A stretch of 63,956 nucleotides of DNA, the filler included, from Octopus bimaculoides (Eukaryota), in the NCBI RefSeq assembly GCF_001194135.2. It is 6 parts of 5 records of this genome, joined end to end, with 100 filler letters (N's around TTAATTAATTAA, not from the genome) between each part and the next. Parts side by side here need not be neighbours in the genome. Positions count along the whole stretch, not along the records: positions 1 to 29,450 come from NC_068982.1; positions 29,551 to 46,765 come from NC_068993.1; 4 more parts are not named here. The stretch is one strand, 5' to 3'. Positions within the stretch are counted from its first letter, which is position 1; each line of letters begins with the position of its first letter. Both the position numbers and the translations under genes were made by a program. The notes below the pieces were generated by a model. It saw only the letters and a list, made by a program, of their open reading frames with translations. It had not been told where the DNA came from and searched no databases. Below are positions 27,808-39,661 of the stretch, piece by piece.

Positions 27808-28275
27808 TAGTTGAAAAATATCGTTATAGGCATAAAAATACCATAAACAATTATAGAAAAATGGAGAAGTAAAAGATGTTGAATCAAAATTAGATTCAAT
27901 ACAAAATAGGAATCAATACATACATGCGTTTCATATGATGAATCTTTATTAGAAATCATTCTTTCTCTCTTTTTGGACCTCTCAAAAAGTTTGAATTGTT
28001 CTCTTTTGAACTTATATATTATAATAAAATTGATAAAACAAATAGATGGAATGAACTAACTTTAATCCAAATCCCAACAAGTGCATCTGTGCATTGGTTA
28101 CAGCTTTTAGCTGCTGAGTTTTCCATGTCTGTTACATATCATATAAACATGATCCAGCAGCAGTTGTGTTCCTGCACATCATCAGGTGAGGGACTTTGAG
28201 AAGTGGATCACTTATAGTTTCACACTGTTTTATACCACCCCTATTCTATTCTTAGCTCTACCATGATAAAGGGTA

Positions 28276-28306
<31 letters not shown>

Positions 28307-28806
28307 TATATGCTTATATGAATGTGGTTCAACAAATCATTTCATTTATGAAAAGTCAAACAAAACCAAAATCCTGATGAATTTTTCTGTTTTGACATCA
28401 GTTCCATTCCTCCATGACCAACACAACTTTGCTTATTTCCCCAACAGTTACCAAAACTTGGGTCACTGATATAAGCAGCTAAAATCCTACAAGGCATGAC
28501 CACAGCCAAATGACTACAATCAGTAAAGGAATAAACAGGAATCTTCTGATTTCTGCTGTATTCTCATTCGATGTAAAATTATGTTCACGAGGTTTTGCTA
28601 ATAACTACTTGATGGATTTTCCCATAAGTCCTACGTCTGCTGAGAAAACAACATGGAAACCCAAGTGTCCTGTTTGATCAGCATCCAGATTTGGCTTTTC
28701 ACCAACAGGACTTTGTTTTTAAAAGAGGTTCAATGGGAATCAATACAAACTTTCCGTGAAATCAGTTCTTCAGGCAAAATGCCTTGCATTATTTATTGTG
28801 GCTTTA

Positions 28807-29432
28807 AGGTGGTGAGCTGGCAGAACCGTTAGCACGCTGGACAAAATGCTTTGTGGCATTGCATCTGTCTTTACATTCTGAGTTCAAATTCTGCCGAGGT
28901 TGACTTTGCCTTTCATCTTTTCAGAGTCGATAAATTAAGTACCAGTTGTGTACTGGGTCAATCTAATCGACTGGCCACCCTTCCCAAAAACTTCGGCCCT
29001 TGTGCCTAGAGTAGAAAAGAATATTTATTGTGGCTTCTTATATCCTGAGTTCAAATCCTGCTGACGTCAACTTTGCCTTTCATCCCATCCAAGGTCAGTT
29101 AAAGAACCAATCAAGTATTTGAATTGGTGCTATTGACTCATACACCTCTCTTTTGTAAATCACTGGCCTTGTACCGAAATTAGGAAGAATTAAGATTGTT
29201 GTCATTAAGATGGCAAATTGGTGGAATCTTTAGCACACTGGATGAAATGTTTTGTGGCATTTCATTCATCCTTATGTTCTGAGGTCAATTTCTGCCAAGG
29301 TTGACTTTGCCTTTCATCCTTTTCGGTTAGTGAAATAAGTACCAGTTGAACCCTGGGGGCCAATATAATCATCAGACCCCTTCCCCAGCAAGAAAATTTC
29401 AGAACTTGTGCCTATAGTAGAAAGGATTATTC
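28807..29432 (+). mobile_element. Cluster of three head-to-tail family-A SINE copies
   Basis: The CTGAG(T/G)TCAA...CTTTGCCTTTCATC core recurs at ~28880, ~29045 and ~29280. Confidence 0.7.
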
Positions 29433-29450
29433 CAGTCGTCGTCGTCGTCG

Positions 29451-29550
29451 NNNNNNNNNNNNNNNNNNNNNNNNNNNNNNNNNNNNNNNNNNNNTTAATT
29501 AATTAANNNNNNNNNNNNNNNNNNNNNNNNNNNNNNNNNNNNNNNNNNNN
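29451..29550. other. Scaffold join: N-run with embedded TTAATTAATTAA spacer (also at 46810, 58436, 59873 and 61439)
   Basis: Identical 12-mer, with stops in all six frames, centred in N-runs five times. Confidence 0.9.
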
Positions 29551-29952
29551 GCTCCTGTAGGATTTTCGAGCGAGATCGTTGCCAGTGCCCCTGGACTGGC
29601 TTGTGCGGGTGGCACATAAAAGACACCATTTCGAGCGTGGCCGTTTTCGTGCGGGTGACACGTAAAAGCACCCACTACACTCTCTGAGTGGTTGGCGTTA
29701 GGAAGGGCATCCAGCTGTAGAAACTCTGCCAAATCAGACTGGAGCCTGGTGTTGCCATCCGGTTTCACCAGTCCTCAGTCAAATCGTCCAACCCATGCTA
29801 GCATGGAAAGCGGACGTTAAACGATGATGATGATGATGATGTGATGTATTTGCATTAAGTATGATACACAAATCACTATTCTAATCAAATACTGCTTCTG
29901 TTGCACTTATTGAATTATTATTGTTTATATATTTTTTAAATTTTTTATCCAG

Positions 29953-30009
29953 GTTTCCAAATCTAATAAGTGTGGTTTCATCCCAGAAGATTATAACAGA
30001 GCTGTAAAA
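29953..30009 (+). CDS. STIL: STIL exon (first visible) VSKSNKCGFIPEDYNRAVK
   Basis: ttttatccag acceptor, AAA|GTAAGT donor, 57 nt phase 0; joins in frame to 33783; EDYNRAVK aligns by eye with DDFSSALK of STIL. Confidence 0.7.
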
Positions 30010-30077
30010 GTAAGTGTATTGTAAATATATCCATTCTTTTCAATTTCTGCACCAGAAACATCATCAGCTTTAGTAAA

Positions 30078-30860
30078 TCATCGTCATTTAGCATCCATTG
30101 TCCATGCTGGCATGGGTTGGACGGTTTGACCAGGGCTGGCAAGCTGGAAGGCTGCACCAGACTCCAGTCTGACTTTGCATGGCTTCTACAGCTGGATGCT
30201 CTCCCTAACACCAACCACTCTGAGAGTGTAATGGGTGCTTTTATGTGCCATTTGCGTGACACCAGTATCTGCCATGACTGTGATTTTACTTGGCTTGATG
30301 GGTCTTCTTGAGCACAACATAATGCCAAAGGTCACAGTCATTTCCTCCATGAGGCCCAACACTCGAAAGGAGCTCAGCCACATTGCTTCTGTAAGGCCCA
30401 ATGCTTGAAAGGTGCTTTTTGCGTGCCAGTTACTTGGCACCAGCATCAGCCATTATCATGATTTCACTTGGCTTGATGGGTCTTCTCAAGAACAGCATAT
30501 TGCCAAAGGTCTCAGGCACTAATCATTGCCACTGTGAGGTCCAAAGTTCAAAGATCATGCTTCACCTTGTACCATGTCTTCCTGGGTGTACCTCTACCAC
30601 AGGTTCCCTCCACAGTTAGAGATTGGCACTTATTTACACAGCTGTCCATCCATATCTCATAACCATACCAGCACAGTCGTCTCTCTTGCATACCATATCT
30701 GATGCTTCTTATGCCTAACTTTTCTCTCAGGATGCTTACACACTGTTGAACATGCACACTGACATTGCACAGCTAATGAAGCATACTGGCTTCATTTCTT
30801 TCAAGCCTACACATGTCCTCAGCTGTCACAGCCCATGTTTCACTGCCATGTAGCACAGTA
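30078..30860 (-). mobile_element. RTE-clade LINE 3' fragment with 3' UTR and (GAT)n tail
   Basis: Minus-strand peptide LREKLGIRSIRYGMQERRLCWYG...CGRGTPRKTW is the RTE C-terminal motif; contiguous with the family-C tail, so family C appears RTE-derived. Confidence 0.75.
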
Positions 30861-31281
30861 TGGCTAGGTGCCAGTATGGCTTGATGCAGGTATGGCTAGG
30901 TGCAGGCATAGCTGTGTGGTTAAAAAGCTTGGGTACAGTCCCTCTGCGTGGCACCTTGGGCGAGTGTTTTCTTCTATAATCCTAAGCTGACTAAAACCTT
31001 GTGAGTGAAGTTGGTAGATGGAAACTGAAAAGCTCATGTGTAAGTCTGTGTATGTTTTGTGTCTCCTGGCCTCAACATCACATGATAATTGTAAAATGGT
31101 TGTCACTGTCATACAAGCAGTGTTGCTCATTTCCAATATTCTGTAGAAACAGGTCTGGCTATGGGGAAGCATTATCTTGCTTAGAAACAGGTGAGGGCTA
31201 GCAACGTGAAGGGCATCTCACCATAGAAAAATCTACTCAATAAACCAGTGGATGTTAGAATGATGACGATGATGATGATGA

Positions 31282-31320
<39 letters not shown>

Positions 31321-31771
31321 ACACACCACACACATGCGTGCACAGTGTATTTTATTGGAAATATGATCATAAAAGAATTAATGGAGTCTCAGTAGTTTAA
31401 AAGCCTGGATTACTGATTGAAAGAGCAGGAATCAATGATACATGGCATGATAGAAATATATGAAACAACTGATGTCCCATTTACTGTACCACAGCCCTAT
31501 CTATACGTGTGTGTGTGTATAGACTTAGCATTTATCATCCTGTTTAGGTTAGGAATAAGCCATTGACTAAATTTAGTTGCCAATGATACAGTTCAACAGC
31601 AGTGTGTTCTATCAATTGTTTCTAAGTGAATCCATTGTTCTTTAGTCCTAACCTTAAAATAATTGCTATATTGTGATACGTGTTCATGATAGAATTCCAA
31701 CAATTTTATGTTGATTTAGTGTGTGTATGTATATATATATATACATATGTGTGTGTGTGTGTATGTATATT

Positions 31772-31826
<55 letters not shown>

Positions 31827-32352
31827 NNNNNNNNNNNNNNNNNNNNNNNNNNNNNNNNNNNNNNNNNNNNNNNNNNNNNNNNNNNNNNNNNNNNNNNNNN
31901 NNNNNNNNNNNNNNNNNNNNNNNNNNNNNNNNNNNNNNNNNNNNNNNNNNNNNNNNNNNNNNNNNNNNNNNNNNNNNNNNNNNNNNNNNNNNNNNNNNNN
32001 NNNNNNNNNNNNNNNNNNNNNNNNNNNNNNNNNNNNNNNNNNNNNNNNNNNNNNNNNNNNNNNNNNNNNNNNNNNNNNNNNNNNNNNNNNNGCTATTTCT
32101 CAGCTTTTTTAGCTGCTATTTCTGAACTTCGGTATATGGTGAAGCAAATATTTGCTGATCCCTTAATTATATTTATAAATATATATGAGCTTTTAAATAA
32201 GTTCTCCACCAATAATGGTGCTTTCATACCGATGGGCTTGGTAAAAATTGTTAATTGTTAATTGATTTATTAATTAATAAATTGATAATCTTTTACCCTT
32301 TTAATTTGTATGTATATATATATGTATATATGTATGTATATGTATGTATATA

Positions 32353-32388
<36 letters not shown>

Positions 32389-33178
32389 CATGTGTGTGTA
32401 TATATATGCATGTGTGTGTATATATATATGTATGTATGTATATGTGTGTGTATATATATATATGAGTGTACAATTTATAGGAAAGATTCAGTGGAATAAT
32501 TACATGATAGCTAAATGTTGCTTAAGTGTCCCACTTGTGCGGGATTTGATTCAGGGAAAAAGCGAGACATATTTATGAGAAAATAGGAAAAATTGAAAAT
32601 GGAGACAAACACTCAAGTTGTTATTAAATCATTTATATCTTCATATCATCGACTTATGTTTTGATGGATGCATTCAAAATACATCATCTTCATCATCATC
32701 ATATGTTCATTTTTCATGCTGGTATGGGTTTGACAAGAGCTGGTAAGGCCAGGGGCTGCACCAGACTCCAAGTGTCCATTCTGGCATTGTTTCTATGGCT
32801 TGATGGACTTTGTCATGCCAATCACTTTACACAACATACTGGGTGCTTTTTATGTGGCACTAGCATTTGTGTGTGTGTGTGTGTATATATACATATATAG
32901 TTTACTGTTCTGTTACGGTAAGATCAACAAGGAAGTACTCTATCCGGTGAGAGATAAATATCATTTAATGTACACTGTATTAAAATAAGGGCTGCCAACA
33001 GTTTCTTGTCATTAAGACACGTCAGATACAATTCCTTGTATCTCCAAGCAATTTTGGGGCTTGGAGACACAAGGCACATTGTAAAAACTTATCTAACTAT
33101 GTATCTTAATGGCTAGAAACTGTTAGTAGCCCTTATTCTAATATAGTGTACATTACATGACATGTGTATATATGTCCG

Positions 33179-33209
<31 letters not shown>

Positions 33210-33782
33210 TTGAAGAAAAGCAACAAAAATTCATTAAGTTATAGCAGTACGTACGTTTCGTACAAACTTCATTTATTTATGTAGTGAGAACACCACATAA
33301 GATGTGCAATGAAAATGTACTCCTCAGCTGCATAATGGAAGTTCATTTCAGAAAGTCATTTTGTAGATGTGTGCAAAAACAAGAGTAGGAGATGAAGAAA
33401 ATACCATCTTGACTGGGCTGTTAATCAACAGTCTTTGATTAAATTGATTAAATCTATATTATTATATATATATATATATATAGATATATATACCCACACA
33501 AATACATACACACATTAATTAGTGTATGTGTATTTGTTATGTAATTGCTGGCAATCACCCTAGTAAGATAAACTTAGTAAGATCCCACAATGTCATTCTA
33601 AAAATATACAATCACAATAAATGATGATGATGTCATTGAAATACCAGTACTCCAAGAAAATATGATTAATGCAAAACTATGTAAATCAATAAGCATTATA
33701 TTTGATAGATAAATCTGAATGCTACAGGGTTAAAATGATGATAGTAATGTCTAATATATTGCTTCTTTTGTCCTTTTTCTAG

Positions 33783-34030
33783 AATGTCCTCACTCGGTGT
33801 GGCAGTAAAGATTCAATAGGCATTGGAAGCTTCTTCTCTGTCCTCGGAAAGTTTTTCGTCCAAACAGAAAATGGCAGTTCTGCATACTGTGTTGAATTCG
33901 ATGTGTTCACTTCGGCAGCTAAATTTGAAGCAGTGCCAATCAACCCTGTTACTATTATGACCACGGCCTTAGCAAAAAATCTTGCTAGTCCTATGAGTTT
34001 AAGTAGACTACAGGGTAAGGCTAAATCCGG
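33783..34030 (+). CDS. STIL: STIL exon NVLTRCGSKDSIGIG...PINPVTIMTTALAKNLASPMSLSRLQGKAKSG
   Basis: ttctag acceptor, CGG|GTAAGT donor; only one open frame; matches STIL N-terminal-domain motif P(V/I).P(I/V).I..TALA(R/K)NL.S...(I/L)S..QG. Confidence 0.9.
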
Positions 34031-36255
34031 GTAAGTACTTTTGAAATCAGTCATCTTTTATTGTTTATTTGTTTCAGTCGTTAGACTATGGCCATGCTGG
34101 AGCACTGCCTTGAAGAATTTTAGTCAAACGATGCTGGTGCCACAGAAAAAGCACCCAGTATAGTCTGTGGAGTGGTTAGTGTTAGGAAGGGCATCCAGCC
34201 ATAGAAAAAATGCCAGAACAGACAATAGAGCTTAGTGTGGCCTCTGACCTTACCAGATCCAGTCAAACCATCCAACCCATGCCAGCATGGAAAACAGATG
34301 TTAAATGATGATGATGGTACTTACTTTACCAGTCTTTTTTTTTTTTATCAAACTGTTAAGTTACAGGGACATAAACACTCCAACACTAGTTGTCAAGTTG
34401 TCAAGCAGTGGTGGGACATGGATACACACAACAGGGGCTTCTTTCAGTTTCCATTACTAAATCCACTCACAAGGATTTGTTCAGTGTGAGGCTATAGTAG
34501 AAGATACTTGCCCAAGGTGCCTCGTAGTGGGACTGAACCCGGAACCATGTGGTTGGGAAGCAAACTTCTTACCACACAGCCATGCCTGTACCATGTTAAA
34601 TATATTTCCACTCATTATTTTCAATATACAGGCGTGCTTCAACTTTTGGCAGTAATTGGTTCCAAGGAATACAACTTAACTCGAAAAATGGCGTAGCATG
34701 AAAAAATACCATTAAAAAACTGAAATTCAGAAAAATAAAACACTTCCAGCCATTATAAAATACTACACTTTAAATATGGGGGCACGGTGTATGAAAAAAA
34801 AGTACAACTTTATACATTGTAAACACAAATACTTGTTTGAATTTCCTGGTACCGACTGTAATTCTGCCTCTTGGTGGGATGTTGAAACTATCAGTCCCAA
34901 AAAAGCCATATAGATAAATGTAAACATTGTAACTACTTCTTTTCCTCTTGTACTTGTTCCAGTCATTAAATTGCAACCATGCTGGGGTACCACCTTGAAT
35001 TTTTAGCCAGATGAATTGACCCCAGGACTTATTTATGCTTTTGTAGAGCCTGGTACTTATTCTATCGGTCCCTTTGCTGAATCATTAAGTTACAGGAACG
35101 TAAACATACCAACACTGGTTGTCAAGTGGTGGTGGAGGGGACACACACACACACACACACATGGAAGATTTGTTTTAATTTCTGTCTACCAAATCCATTG
35201 ACAAGCTTTGGTTGGCCCAAGACCATAGTAGAAGATACTCGCCCAAGGTGCTGCACAGTGGGACTGAGCCCAGAACCCGTGTGGTTGGGAAGCAAACTTC
35301 TTACCACAAAACCAATCAAGTTCTATCTGTTTAAATAATTGATTATGCACATATTTTCAAATGTATTTTATTTGATTTTTTACTTCAATATTAGTTTTTA
35401 GGTGTCTTCCTTAAAAAAAATTTCATGCTTTTAAATGTTTGCTGAAATCAATGTAAAGTCAGATAAATTAACTTAAGCTGAAGTTTCCTATTAATTTCTT
35501 AAAAAAAGAAACCGACATAAAGTAAAAAAGAGACATAATGTGAAACAACATACTTTGAGGTATGCTTGTATTTAAATTAGATTTTTTTTAATGATTAGTG
35601 TCTGACTCCGTAGTTTGTTAGTTTATGAGATGAAAGTTCATTAGTTTATGTTTCATCTTTGATGCTTCACAGTTTCTGTTGTTGAAGAAACTTCACTCTT
35701 GCTGGCTCACTCCATCTACTTGTAAATGAGTACCTTGTGTTGGTATAGGTCTCCATTGGGTGTAGTGAGTGTATGTTTAATAAGTGTTTTTGTTAGCTTG
35801 TGACTTCTAAATTTGTGAACTTAATGATTCTAGATTGTCTACATGGGGGCATAACTATTATTTGTTGTAGAGTTACCATAGCTATGCTGTTTACTCTTTA
35901 CGACTTACCTCAGCTTACTATAGAGTAGGACCATAGAGAGACAGGGTTCACTGATGTAGCATATGTATACTACATCATTGTACACACACACACATACACA
36001 TGCTAACACACACACACACATGCTCAGACACAAGGGAATTTCTATGTATTTATTATACTTGCTGGAAATAGCAATCAGCTCTCCTTCAATTCATGAGCCA
36101 CTGTCTTGAGATTGTGTGTGTGTATGTATATGTGTGCATGTATGTATATGAGAGAGAAAGAGAACTGTTTCTCAGTCTGATAGGATTTGTGGGAGCTATT
36201 AATTTAAGTTTCTTTCATATCATAATCAGTTCTGTTTTGTACTTTTTTTTTACAG

Positions 36256-36339
36256 TTATGTTACCATGGACCATACTCGCAAATTAGTGTTGATGCTAGA
36301 GTCAGACCCTAAAGTTTCCACCCTGCCTCTAATTGGAAT
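36256..36339 (+). CDS. STIL: STIL exon (G)[27 protein letters not shown](I)
   Basis: T tract + CAG acceptor, AAT|GTAAGC donor, phase 2 to 2; close to the STIL hallmark [30 protein letters not shown]. Confidence 0.95.
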
Positions 36340-36633
36340 GTAAGCCATTTAATGTTCTCTTATTAAATACATCTGTTATCTTTTATGTCTTTCAGTCATT
36401 AGACTGCGGCCATACTGAGGCACCACTTTCAAGAATTTTAGTTGAATTTTTTTTTTTTAGCCTGGTATTTATTCTGTTGTTCTCTTTTGTCCAACTGCTA
36501 AGTTATGGAGATGTAAACACACCAGCACTGGTTGTGTAACCAGTTGTTTACTTATGAGTTTATCTTACAAGGATGAATGCCGGCAAACACAGATACAAAG
36601 ACACACATATATGATGGGACTTCGTTCAGTTTC

Positions 36634-36866
36634 CTATTTCTTTATTGCCCACAAGGGGCTAAACATAGAGGGGACAAACAAGGACAGACAAAGGGATTAA
36701 GTCGATTACATCGACCCCAGTGCGTAACTGGTACTTAATTTATCGACCCCCCAAAAGGATGAAAAGCAAAGTCGACCTCGACGGAATTTGAACTCAGAAC
36801 GTAATGGCAGACGAAATACCGATAAGTATTTTGCCCGGCGTGCTAACGATTCTGCCAGCTCGCTGC
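36634..36866 (-). mobile_element. Young full-length family-A SINE inserted into a family-B SINE
   Basis: CpG-rich copy flanked by a 14-bp near-perfect duplication CTTC(G/T)TTCAGTTTC (36620-36633 and 36867-36880). Confidence 0.8.
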
Positions 36867-37243
36867 CTTCTTTCAGTTTCTGTCTACCAAATCTACTCAC
36901 AAGGCTTTGGTTGGCCCACGACTACAATAGAAGACACTTGCTCAAGGTGTCACACAGTGGGATTAAACCTGGAACCATGTGGTTGGGAGGCAAACGTCTT
37001 ACCACACAGCCATGCCATGTTTAACTCTTGTTGTTTTCATTAGCCTGTTTCATGATGTTTGTGCCATAAATGTGATACTATCGTACAACAGCAAGAAAGA
37101 TGTTTCCAATAATTGGGGAGTTGTGAATTTTGAATGAGTTGATGTGAAAAAATGTATTTAGTGTGTGGAGGACTTAATGTTTAATTTGGTTGTTGGACAA
37201 TGTACAGGGGAGAAAGACTGAGGGGTCAATGAGTATAATGAAT

Positions 37244-37471
37244 TTAACCCTTTAGAATTTAAACCAGCCATATCTGAACAAAATATCCTATCTGTTTTGT
37301 ATTCATACTGGCCAAATCTGATCCCTCACACTAAACCTACAATATCATTTTGAAAATTAACAGTTACGTCATCAAAATCTCAAAGCTATGAGATAATGCA
37401 TGATTATTGCATGATAATGTGAATAAATAAGTGTTACTTTTAATTGAATAATTTAAATGTTAAAGGGTTAA
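37244..37471. mobile_element. piggyBac-type MITE
   Basis: TTAA-CCCTTT...AAAGGG-TTAA termini; related copies at 43782-44222. Confidence 0.75.
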
Positions 37472-37640
37472 AGATGTGGTGTAACTGGATAAAATGTATA
37501 AGAACAATGTAGAGGAAGGAACAGAAAGCCAAAGAATGTGTTATATGTGATTTAAGAGAACATTTTGAGCAAATTGTTAGAAATCTGTTGGTGGTTTGAT
37601 TTATGCTTTCAAATAGAAGTTTTACTCATCATATTATCTG

Positions 37641-38095
37641 CCACGTAAAAAGCACTGGTGATGGTACCACATAAGAAGCACTGGTGCTGGTGTCATGTAA
37701 AAAGCACTGGTGATGGTGCCACATAAAAAGGACTGGTGATGGTGCCATGTAAAAAGGACTGGTGCTGGTGCTACATAAGAAGCACTGGTGATTGTATCAT
37801 GCAAAAAGCACTGTTGATGGTGCCATGTAAAAAGCACTGGTGATGGTGTCATGTAAAAAGCACTGGTGATGGTGCTACATAAAAAGCATTGGTGATGGTG
37901 CCATGTAAAAAGCGCTGGTGCCACATAAAAAGCACTGGTGATGGTGCCACATAAAAAGCACTGGTGATGGTGTCATGTAAAAAGCACTGGTGATGGTGCC
38001 ACATAAAAAGCACTGGTGATGGTGCCATGTAAACAGCACTGGTGCTGGTGCCATGTAAAAAACACTGGTGATGGTGCCATGTAAAAAGCACCCAG
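37641..38095 (+). repeat. 26-bp minisatellite (~18 units) at the 5' side of a family-C retroposon
   Basis: Unit CCA(C/T)(A/G)TAAAAAGCACTGGTGATGGTG counted directly; one unit shortened to 20 bp and the last is partial. Confidence 0.92.
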
Positions 38096-38794
38096 TGCGC
38101 TCTGTAAAATGGTTGGTGTTAGGAAGGGTATCCAGCTGTAGAAACCAAGCCAAATCAGACTATGGAAGCTGGTGTGGACCCCGGCCTTGACAGCTCTTGT
38201 CAGGCTGTCCAGCCTGTTCCTGCAAAGGAAAATGGGTAATGGTGGCAGCAGCATTTGCTTCTCATTCACATAGTTTTGGGTTTAGTCCCAGTGGATTGTT
38301 CCTTGCCTTCTACTATAGCTGGGCTAACCAAAGCTTTGCGAGAGGATTTGGTAAATGGAAAGTGGAAAAATGCCTGTTGTGTGTGTGTGTGCGTGTGTAT
38401 GTTTGTGTCTCTTTGTCCCAACGCTGCATGATAGCTGTGAATGAGTATCACTGCCATACAAAGAGTGTAATTCATTTCCAGTGCTCTGCAAAAACATGTC
38501 TGGTCATGGAGAAATATTACCTTGCTCACAAACAGGTGAGGGTTGGCAACAGGAATAGCATCTGACTGTAGAGAACCTGCTTCAGTAAACTCTGTCCAGT
38601 TCCTGTAAGCATAGAAAAATGGAAATTAAAATGATGAAGATGAGGACGACGACGATGATGATGAATCATGAATTTCTAACCTAATATGTTTATTTATTCA
38701 GATATTTGTAAATAAGTAGAGATTAATTCTTCCTTTGCCGAGTGAAACTATTTATTGTGATGAAGTATTCTAAAAACAATTTTATCTGTTTCAG

Positions 38795-38881
38795 TTGGGT
38801 AAGTGGAGTAGACTGTGTAAAAAACCCGTACGTGTGGGCTTCTTGTTTACGTTACCTCTACAACAATTCTTTAAATCAACG
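38795..38881 (+). CDS. STIL: STIL exon WVSGVDCVKNPYVWASCLRYLYNNSLNQR
   Basis: tttcag acceptor, ACG|GTAAGT donor, phase 2 to 2; matches STIL W.SG.....P.VWA.CLRY..N.S...R. Confidence 0.93.
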
Positions 38882-38978
38882 GTAAGTTTTACTTTCTTTC
38901 TCTCTCTCTCCCTTGTTTGCAATTAGTTACATTCTACAAAACACAGGACTGTTCTTTACACTGGCTTTTACATTACAG

Positions 38979-39123
38979 AGTATGCTTGCCTCCACATCGT
39001 TTTATGCTGTTGCTGTATTGTCTGCAAGGAAACAAGATTGAATTCTATGAATGTGGTCTTCTCAATGAGAAAGAAAAAACTCATGAAATGGATGCATTTT
39101 GTGGTAGTAAAACTGTGAGACTG
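38979..39123 (+). CDS. STIL: STIL exon VCLPPHRFMLLLYCLQGNKIEFYECGLLNEKEKTHEMDAFCGSKT(VRL)
   Basis: ttacag acceptor after a 97-nt intron; F...LY.......EFYEC motif; phase-0 donor at either 39114 (GTGAGA) or 39123 (GCAAGT). Confidence 0.82.
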
Positions 39124-39329
39124 GCAAGTATATTTCATTTTTGAGAAACTAGTATCTTTTTCCACAGCATGGAAGACAAATATTAGTCATTTGATGACAC
39201 ACAAAAACTGCTAAATTCACTTAAACATTTATTATTTGGGTTCACACCAACAGCAACCTGGTCACTGCAACTGGTCTGAGACAACACTTCTAGTATATAT
39301 AGGCTTTGGAATTATAAATATAATTTTTT

Positions 39330-39661
39330 TCGGCACTTGTGCCAGTGGCACGTGTAAAGACATTCGAGTGAGATTGTTGCCAGTGCCGCTGGACTGGCTC
39401 CTGTGCAGGTGGCACGTAAAATACACCATTTTGAGTGTGGCAGTTGCCAGTACCGCCTGACTGGCCTTCGTGCCGGTGGCACGTAAAAGCACCCACTACA
39501 CTCTCAGAGTGGTTGGCGTTAGGAAGGGCATCCAGCTATAGAAACTCTGCCAAATCGGATTGGAGCCTGGTGTAGCTATCTGGTTCACCAATCCTCAGTC
39601 AAATCGTCCAACCCATGCTAGCATGGAAAGCGGACGTTAAATGATGATGATGATGATGATA
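39330..39661 (+). mobile_element. Young family-C (GAT)n-tailed retroposon
   Basis: Internal modules with CACGTAAAA retained; ends GGACGTTAAATGATGATGATG. Confidence 0.75.

Noticed and set aside
37641-38095. CRISPR-like regular repeat
   Set aside because: Head-to-tail units without unique spacers, in a eukaryotic intron, with no cas genes
37634-38269. ORFs with repeated WHHHQCFL motifs resembling a metal-binding repeat protein
   Set aside because: Translation of the 26-bp minisatellite in a retroposon; the unit length is not a multiple of 3
38795-38881. Alternative open frame LGKWSRLCKK... that would join directly to exon 41168
   Set aside because: The other frame matches STIL motifs and is phase-consistent through exons 36256 and 38979
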